The translations under genes and the position numbers were made by a program. Under the pieces are notes generated by a model. It was not told where the DNA came from. It was given only the letters and a program-made list of their open reading frames with translations, and made no database searches. This document shows, piece after piece, positions 18,301 through 23,278 of a DNA stretch of 23,278 bases (position 1 is its first letter; each line of letters begins with the position of its first letter). Source of the DNA: a virus. Lineage: Duplodnaviria; Heunggongvirae; Uroviricota; Caudoviricetes. The stretch lies in the IMG/VR virus record IMGVR_UViG_2718218100_000005. One strand, given 5' to 3'.

Positions 18301-18563
18301 GCTCTGGCTTCCTTCAGTAGCTGGTTAAACATGTGAGTAAGTGGATTGCTACACCCGAACGGCATCGGGTTTACGTGGTAAGAAGCCTGGCCTCCTGTTT
18401 TGCGAGCGCGACCACCTGTGCTGCGGTTTGTTCTGATGACTAAGCCGCCGCGCCAAAGTCGGCGTAACTCAGCATTAATGGCTGTGGTTGGGGTATTCAG
18501 TGCTGCGGCGATCTCTCCGCCGCTACACCCCGGATGAGTAGCGATGTAGTCCAGAATGGTCAT
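18297..18563 (-). CDS. small winged-helix-like DNA-binding protein (predicted)
   Basis: 88-aa ORF; ILDYIATHPGCSGGEIAAALNTPTTAINAELRRLWRGGLVIR resembles MarR/ArsR-type recognition helix region; coupled to neighbours by 4-nt overlaps. Confidence 0.5.
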   Translation of the reverse strand: MTILDYIATHPGCSGGEIAAALNTPTTAINAELRRLWRGGLVIRTNRSTGGRARKTGGQASYHVNPMPFGCSNPLTHMFNQLLKEARA

Positions 18564-18763
18564 CTGCGTGGCTCCTGTACCTGTCGGATAAGATTTACTC
18601 GCGCCACGTTGGTGGCGCAGAAGTAAGTGCCGTCAGTGAGGTAGATGTGGTGTGCATCCTTTTCCGAACGATGTTTGTCGATAGTGGTAATCAGGCGTTC
18701 GTCGACCTCGTATTCGCGCCCTCTGGAGGTAAAGCGAACGACGGGAAAATGCTTAATTGCCAT
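18560..18763 (-). CDS. hypothetical protein (early operon)
   Basis: 67-aa ORF, coupled start/stop overlap with downstream gene. Confidence 0.4.
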   Translation of the reverse strand: MAIKHFPVVRFTSRGREYEVDERLITTIDKHRSEKDAHHIYLTDGTYFCATNVARVNLIRQVQEPRR

Positions 18764-18786
18764 TGCGCCCCCTTTGTCCAGTAACC

Positions 18787-19203
18787 CTATGCGTTAAATA
18801 CGGCACGTTGCGCGTCATCAATGAATACAGCTTGAGAGCGTTCTATCAGGCGGAGATTTGTCAGAAGCTCTGACTCTTTTGTGTGGTAAGGCGTTATCAG
18901 GTATTTGCCGTGCAGTTCGGCAATAATGGTGTATTGCAGCATCATTGCTGAACCAAGAATATAAATGCAGCGTCCAATGCTGGACGGATTCATGGCTGCA
19001 ACTGTTGACTGTGTTTTAAGAGTGTCGATTTCTTTGCTCTGTTCCTCAATAACTTTGGCTGCTTCAGGGGTGGCTATTGCGATGGTCAGTGCGTAAAGCG
19101 CTGCCATATGTTGATTATCTTTCTGGGCTGCCCTGGACAGCTTGTCTTGCTCTGCTGACACTATTTTTAATGTATTGATAATATTTTTTTCTTTTGCGTT
19201 CAT
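18787..19203 (-). CDS. hypothetical protein (early operon)
   Basis: 138-aa ORF with SD GGAG 7 nt upstream of ATG. Confidence 0.5.
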   Translation of the reverse strand: MNAKEKNIINTLKIVSAEQDKLSRAAQKDNQHMAALYALTIAIATPEAAKVIEEQSKEIDTLKTQSTVAAMNPSSIGRCIYILGSAMMLQYTIIAELHGKYLITPYHTKESELLTNLRLIERSQAVFIDDAQRAVFNA

Positions 19204-19295
19204 TTTATATCTCCGTTATTTACGTGTGCGAATACCTCCGCGAATGCGGATAGTTTTCAGGTTTTCGGGTTTAATCTGGTGTTCTGTTTAAGCTG

Positions 19296-19409
19296 TTATT
19301 TGTCAGTGAAAAAGCGTTCAATCTTTTTTACTGAATGAATAATTCGCATAATCCCAATGGCGCAGGCCACCGAAATAATCAGAACAAGCCATGAGATAAA
19401 TATACTCAT
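19296..19409 (-). CDS. 37-aa single-pass hydrophobic peptide (not in supplied ORF track)
   Basis: ATG overlaps stop of the upstream 80-aa ORF (ATGA); translation MSIFISWLVLIISVACAIGIMRIIHSVKKIERFFTDK has one TM helix followed by a basic tail. Confidence 0.35.
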   Translation of the reverse strand: MSIFISWLVLIISVACAIGIMRIIHSVKKIERFFTDK

Positions 19410-19648
19410 GCGATATTCCCCAGCTTATATGGTTCAATGTGTTCCCCGCATTCTGCGGCACAGATCAGCTCGGAAAGTTCGTTAAGTGCATCCAGATCAT
19501 CAGCGTAAAAAGCAACGTCATACAAACTCCGGATTGCCCTGGTCAATGAGTCACGGGCTGCACGTTCAGCATGAGCGCCTGATGCACTTAAGCGAAAATA
19601 AAATCGTTCAGGTGCTTTGTTAATGAGAGTTTTATATTCTTTGCCCAT
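19406..19648 (-). CDS. hypothetical protein (early operon)
   Basis: 80-aa ORF, acidic C-terminal half. Confidence 0.45.
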   Translation of the reverse strand: MGKEYKTLINKAPERFYFRLSASGAHAERAARDSLTRAIRSLYDVAFYADDLDALNELSELICAAECGEHIEPYKLGNIA

Positions 19649-19659
19649 CGCAACGCCCT

Positions 19660-19938
19660 TTAATCTGCTTTCTGAATTTCAGCTTCTGAATCCATACAAA
19701 TAATTTCGATATAGGGTTCATCGCCATTAACCTGACGAGCCTTTTCAGCTTCGCTAATGATTTCTCGTACGGTCTGGTACGGAAGCTCCACAGTCAGGCG
19801 CGTACCGTTCAGATAAACGTAAGTAGCTGCGTTTTTTTCGGATGGAACAATTCCGTCAATGGCTGATGCGCGTAATAACAGTTCACCGCGAAAATCAATA
19901 AAACGGATAAATACACCTTGTGCATGCTCTTTGGTCAT
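19660..19938 (-). CDS. hypothetical protein (early operon)
   Basis: Sub-ORF of 19660..19998 starting at MTKEHAQGVF with SD AGGTG about 5 nt upstream; the longer ORF start would overlap the upstream gene. Confidence 0.45.
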   Translation of the reverse strand: MTKEHAQGVFIRFIDFRGELLLRASAIDGIVPSEKNAATYVYLNGTRLTVELPYQTVREIISEAEKARQVNGDEPYIEIICMDSEAEIQKAD

Positions 19939-19948
19939 AAAGCACCTG

Positions 19949-20299
19949 TTATAAATCAGCCTGTTTAATAAAACTTTGCCCGCGAAGCAGACGATCAACC
20001 GTGCGAAGTGCTTCGTATAATGTGAAATCCTGCCCGAAGTGATTGTCGCCGCAGTTCAATGCAAAAATGCGGTTCCCGGTAAACGGATTGCGTGGGCATT
20101 TGTGGACCACGATTCCAGCTTTCTCAATCAGCCAGGCATGTTCGCCGATTTGTTTTACAGCGTGGCCATCCGGTGTTGCATGCGTCTCGTTCAGGTTATA
20201 GCGACTGTTACTACGTGATGCACTGGTAGCGACGTGGTGTACATGGCGTTCTACGCCATTACGAAATTTGGAGTATGGATTATTAGCGTTTTTTTTCAT
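19949..20299 (-). CDS. hypothetical protein with His/Cys cluster (possible metal-binding regulator)
   Basis: 116-aa ORF; HHV...H...HKC...C pattern; no confident family assignment. Confidence 0.45.
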   Translation of the reverse strand: MKKNANNPYSKFRNGVERHVHHVATSASRSNSRYNLNETHATPDGHAVKQIGEHAWLIEKAGIVVHKCPRNPFTGNRIFALNCGDNHFGQDFTLYEALRTVDRLLRGQSFIKQADL

Positions 20300-20320
20300 G
20301 ATGGTGCTCTGTTCATTGTT

Positions 20321-20524
20321 TTAGCTGTTAGCCAAAGCGTCTTTTAACATCGCCACAAGGTTTACTTCAGGCTTTTCCATTTTGGCGCGTTTGGGGCGGA
20401 TAATAATTCGACCGTCAGCCAACATCTTTTTGCATGTATTAAGAGGGATACCTGTTATCTCTGCATATTTCTGCAGGGATACATAGGGGGCATTCACATT
20501 GATATTGATGGTTATACCTGACAT
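20321..20524 (-). CDS. small HTH protein, Cox/Apl/excisionase-like
   Basis: 67-aa ORF with SD AGGAGG; YVSLQKYAEITGIPLNTCKKMLADGRI resembles excisionase-type HTH proteins; second gene of the lytic operon, divergent from the repressor. Confidence 0.5.
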   Translation of the reverse strand: MSGITININVNAPYVSLQKYAEITGIPLNTCKKMLADGRIIIRPKRAKMEKPEVNLVAMLKDALANS

Positions 20525-20540
20525 CCCACTAGCCTCCTGA

Positions 20541-20747
20541 TCAGGAAGATTTGTTTTGTTCTTTCTGGGTTAGCTCTAGGCCGCGAAGGGAGATCATGCG
20601 CGCCATGTTAGAGGATGAGCGTTGTTCTTTAGCTGCCATTTCATCAATGACGGCTCGCTCCTCGAGGGACAGCCGAAGTGCCAGTCTTGGACCTGTGGCG
20701 GTGTTACGCGGAATGCGTGATCTGGTATCGTGAAGAACTTGTTTCAT
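20541..20747 (-). CDS. ribbon-helix-helix-like small DNA-binding protein, first gene of the lytic operon
   Basis: 68-aa ORF; RLALRLSLEERAVIDEMAAKEQRSSSNMARMI fits a beta-strand/helix/helix RHH pattern; weak SD, so start uncertain. Confidence 0.4.
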   Translation of the reverse strand: MKQVLHDTRSRIPRNTATGPRLALRLSLEERAVIDEMAAKEQRSSSNMARMISLRGLELTQKEQNKSS

Positions 20748-20784
20748 AGTGGTATATTGTGATCATCTAATAGCTCGTGAAATC

Positions 20785-20813
20785 ATTTTGGTATCAAAAA
20801 AGATACCTGTCAA
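20785..20813 (-). promoter_or_regulatory. candidate lytic (early) promoter: TTGACA -35 and CAAAAT -10 on the minus strand, 17-nt spacer
   Basis: Minus-strand TTGACA (plus coordinates 20808-20813), spacer containing the palindrome, -10 at 20785-20790; sits 30-60 nt upstream of the RHH ORF. Confidence 0.45.
20790..20807. promoter_or_regulatory. candidate operator: perfect inverted repeat GGTATC-AAAAAA-GATACC
   Basis: 6-bp arms separated by A6, located within the spacer of the candidate lytic promoter and 17 nt upstream of the repressor start codon. Confidence 0.5.
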
Positions 20814-20823
20814 GGGTTTTTGT

Positions 20824-21228
20824 ATGAAAAATGATATTGGTCGGCGGTTGCGTGAGGAAAGGGAAAGATTGGGACTTAGTCAAGTTGCCATGAGCGACAT
20901 TGGTGGAGTCAAAAAGCTAACTCAGCTTAGATATGAGAAAGGAGATAGCTTTCCTGATGCTGCGTATTTGGCAGCGCTGTCTCGTTTTGGCCTTGATGTT
21001 CAGTATGTTGTGTTGGGAATTCACTCACCTGAAACTTATAACGATGATGAGCAGGAATTGATTACTCGCTTTCGAGCAGCTTCGTTAGATGTGAAAAACG
21101 CGGTGATTGGGGCTTTAAAAGGTGCGATCAGTGAAAAGGAAACTCAGCCATCAGGACGTGAGTTAAATATTTCTGGTGGTAATAACCGTATCGCTGGTCG
21201 TGACTATAACGAAACTAAGGGTAGGTGA
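20824..21228 (+). CDS. XRE-family HTH repressor (P2 C / 186 CI analogue by position)
   Basis: Sub-ORF of 20749..21228 starting at MKNDIGRRL with RBS AAGGG; IGRRLREERERLGLSQVAMSDIGGVKKLTQLRYEKGDSFP is a canonical HTH_XRE domain; divergent from the lytic operon and upstream of integrase. Confidence 0.75.
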   Translation: MKNDIGRRLREERERLGLSQVAMSDIGGVKKLTQLRYEKGDSFPDAAYLAALSRFGLDVQYVVLGIHSPETYNDDEQELITRFRAASLDVKNAVIGALKGAISEKETQPSGRELNISGGNNRIAGRDYNETKGR

Positions 21229-21243
21229 TAGTAGGGAGGTGAC

Positions 21244-21894
21244 ATGGCCGTCAACTCAAACGGTTCAAACAATCGCGTTGCTGGGCGTGATTTTCACGAA
21301 AAGAATATTCAGATAGAGCGATATGATGGTTCTCATACCGTCAATATCGCAATCCCTTCGAATAATGATGATGACGATCGCCCTTTGCTTAAGGCTCAGC
21401 GTAAGGAGCTAAATAGCTTGGTTGCTGCTATTGCAGAAGCTAGCAATACTGAAGCGTTTATTATTTGGCAAAAAGTACATGCGGAGATTGGTGTAGCTGG
21501 TATTGATGATATGACAGTAAATCAATATAAAACAGCGGAGAGTTTTCTGCATGCAATGCTTGAGCGATGTAAAGATCATGATGCCTGTAAGGCTCTTGTA
21601 AGTTTATTACTACGTAACAGTGAAGACTGTGGACTTCGACAAAAACTTCTGCGGTATTGCCATATCAATTTCGGTACAGGACGTTTAAACGATCTTACTC
21701 GTTCTCAGTTACAGTCTGCATTGTCGTGGTTAGAGCAACAATCGGCATCAAGCCACATAGAGAGTTCGACCTTACCAGAAGTCCGACTTCGTGCTTCAGA
21801 ATTAATCCGACTTTATCCAAAAGAAATAATATTCTTTATCTGCGTAGGGGTTTTGGTAGGCGGTGTCATTTCTAGGGCGTTTTTTAATTTGTAA
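21244..21894 (+). CDS. hypothetical protein with C-terminal transmembrane anchor (cargo gene downstream of repressor)
   Basis: 216-aa ORF with strong RBS GGGAGGTGA; N-terminal NNRVAGRDF motif echoing the repressor C-terminus; hydrophobic C-terminus EIIFFICVGVLVGGVI; AT-rich. Confidence 0.55.
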   Translation: MAVNSNGSNNRVAGRDFHEKNIQIERYDGSHTVNIAIPSNNDDDDRPLLKAQRKELNSLVAAIAEASNTEAFIIWQKVHAEIGVAGIDDMTVNQYKTAESFLHAMLERCKDHDACKALVSLLLRNSEDCGLRQKLLRYCHINFGTGRLNDLTRSQLQSALSWLEQQSASSHIESSTLPEVRLRASELIRLYPKEIIFFICVGVLVGGVISRAFFNL

Positions 21895-21923
21895 TCTTAC
21901 TTGAGCTAAATTGAGGTAATGAT

Positions 21924-22271
21924 ATGAAAGTAAAAAAGGTTCAACTATTAGTTACTTTTTTATCTATGTTTTCTTTTTCCGCCGTCGCAATGCCTTTTAA
22001 AACTATTGAACGTGAGAGTTTCAATGGGGTATGGCCATTTAATACTGATGAGGTTCAATTACAGTGTCTTGATGGTAATCCTTATGTGATGAATTTTGAC
22101 GATAATAAGTTATATGCACTTACAGGTTTGGCTCGAATAAAAGGTAAAACATTTGGTGCGTTACCGTTAGATAACAATAATCCATTTTGGCTAGATAATG
22201 ATGCCGCCCCAGGGTTAAAAAAGAGTCTGGGGGATGTCACTAAGGCTGCATTTGATTTATGTGATAAGTAA
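21924..22271 (+). CDS. small secreted/periplasmic hypothetical protein
   Basis: 115-aa ORF with RBS GAGGTAA; N-terminal signal-like sequence MKVKKVQLLVTFLSMFSFSAVA; two Cys (possible disulfide); AT-rich. Confidence 0.55.
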   Translation: MKVKKVQLLVTFLSMFSFSAVAMPFKTIERESFNGVWPFNTDEVQLQCLDGNPYVMNFDDNKLYALTGLARIKGKTFGALPLDNNNPFWLDNDAAPGLKKSLGDVTKAAFDLCDK

Positions 22272-22276
22272 CTAAA

Positions 22277-23278
22277 ATGTCGGTTCGTAAGATTCCATCA
22301 GGTAAATGGCTTTGTGAATGTTATCCCTACGGGGCATCGGGAAAACGCATTCGTAAACAGTTTGCGACAAAAAGTGAGGCGCTCTCTTATGAGCGCCGTT
22401 TAATGAATAGTAGAGTTGGAGACGAGTTTCAAGATGGTTCTGGTCCTCGTCTTTCTGAGTTGATTGCTCGTTGGTTTGAGATGTACGGTAAAACCTTGTC
22501 CTCTGGTGCAGAGCGCAAAGTCAAACTTGAGGCGATTTGTTCCAGGCTGGGAGATCCATTTGCTTCTCAGTTTGACAAAAATATGTTTGCTACTTATCGG
22601 GAAAGAAGGCTATCAGGAGAATGGAATCCCAAGGGGAAGAAAAAACTTAGTGAAGCAACCGTTAATCGCGAGCAGTCATATCTACATGCTGTTTTTGCCG
22701 AACTGAAGCGCCTTGGGGAGTGGTCTGGTGAAAACCCCCTGACTGGTATTCGCAAGTTTCGTGAGGAAGAAAAGGAACTGGCGTTTCTGTATGTAGATGA
22801 GATTGAACGCCTTCTGATTGCGTGTGATGAGTCACGGAATAAAGATTTGGGGGTTGTTGTCCGTATTGGGCTTGCGACTGGTGCTCGGTGGAGTGAAGCA
22901 GAAGGATTAAAGCAATCTCAAGTACTGCCCGGTCGAATCACATTTGTTAAAACTAAAGGAAAGAAGAACCGCACTGTACCGATTTCACCTCAATTGCAAG
23001 CTATGCTTCCTAAAAAACGAGGAGCGCTATTTTCACCATGTTATGAGGCTTTTGACGCTGCAATTAAGAGAGCGAAGATCGAGCTTCCTGATGGGCAATT
23101 AACTCATGTGCTACGTCACACGTTTGCCAGTCATTTTATGATGCGGGGTGGAAATATTCTTGTGTTGCAAAAAATACTGGGGCATAGCGATATAAAAATG
23201 ACTATGCGTTATGCGCATTTTGCTCCAGGTCATTTAGAGGCTGCTGTTGAATTGAACCCTTTTGACAATAGAGGGTAA
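22277..23278 (+). CDS. tyrosine recombinase/integrase (P2 Int family)
   Basis: 333-aa ORF; conserved integrase residues in LATGARWSEA, HVLRHTFASHFMMRGGNI, LGHSDIKMTMRYAHF; stop codon is the last triplet of the window. Confidence 0.9.
   Translation: MSVRKIPSGKWLCECYPYGASGKRIRKQFATKSEALSYERRLMNSRVGDEFQDGSGPRLSELIARWFEMYGKTLSSGAERKVKLEAICSRLGDPFASQFDKNMFATYRERRLSGEWNPKGKKKLSEATVNREQSYLHAVFAELKRLGEWSGENPLTGIRKFREEEKELAFLYVDEIERLLIACDESRNKDLGVVVRIGLATGARWSEAEGLKQSQVLPGRITFVKTKGKKNRTVPISPQLQAMLPKKRGALFSPCYEAFDAAIKRAKIELPDGQLTHVLRHTFASHFMMRGGNILVLQKILGHSDIKMTMRYAHFAPGHLEAAVELNPFDNRG

Overview
The window opens with enterobacterial core genes: a complete pgsA and the glyW-cysT-leuZ tRNA operon with its promoter and terminator (1-1068). 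The remaining ~22 kb is accessory DNA that I read as an IS-riddled, decayed P2-family prophage. All identifications rest on motif reading and recalled family sequences; no database search was possible. In order, it contains: a small AT-rich secreted Cys-rich ORF; an IS30 copy (1948-4435) that is itself split by an IS629-like IS3-family element (3019-4328); a gpD tail gene cut by the IS30; a tail block of sheath FI, tube FII, E/E' chaperone with slippery site, tape measure (frame-broken) and gpU (4860-10431); an AT-rich hexapeptide acetyltransferase moron; a 5'-truncated tail-fibre assembly gene; a second, 3'-truncated IS629 copy; a ParM/ParR-like pair; the gpA-like rolling-circle replication initiator; an early operon of small ORFs; an RHH/Cox-like versus XRE-repressor switch with an operator inside the lytic promoter; two AT-rich cargo ORFs; and a P2-type tyrosine integrase ending at the window edge. 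Head, terminase, lysis, baseplate, tail-fibre and ogr genes are absent. The most notable points are that the FI-to-U tail block is inverted relative to gpD, the tail-fibre assembly gene and the replication module, and that uncharacterised cargo sits in three known moron positions (G/FI junction, downstream of A, and between repressor and integrase).
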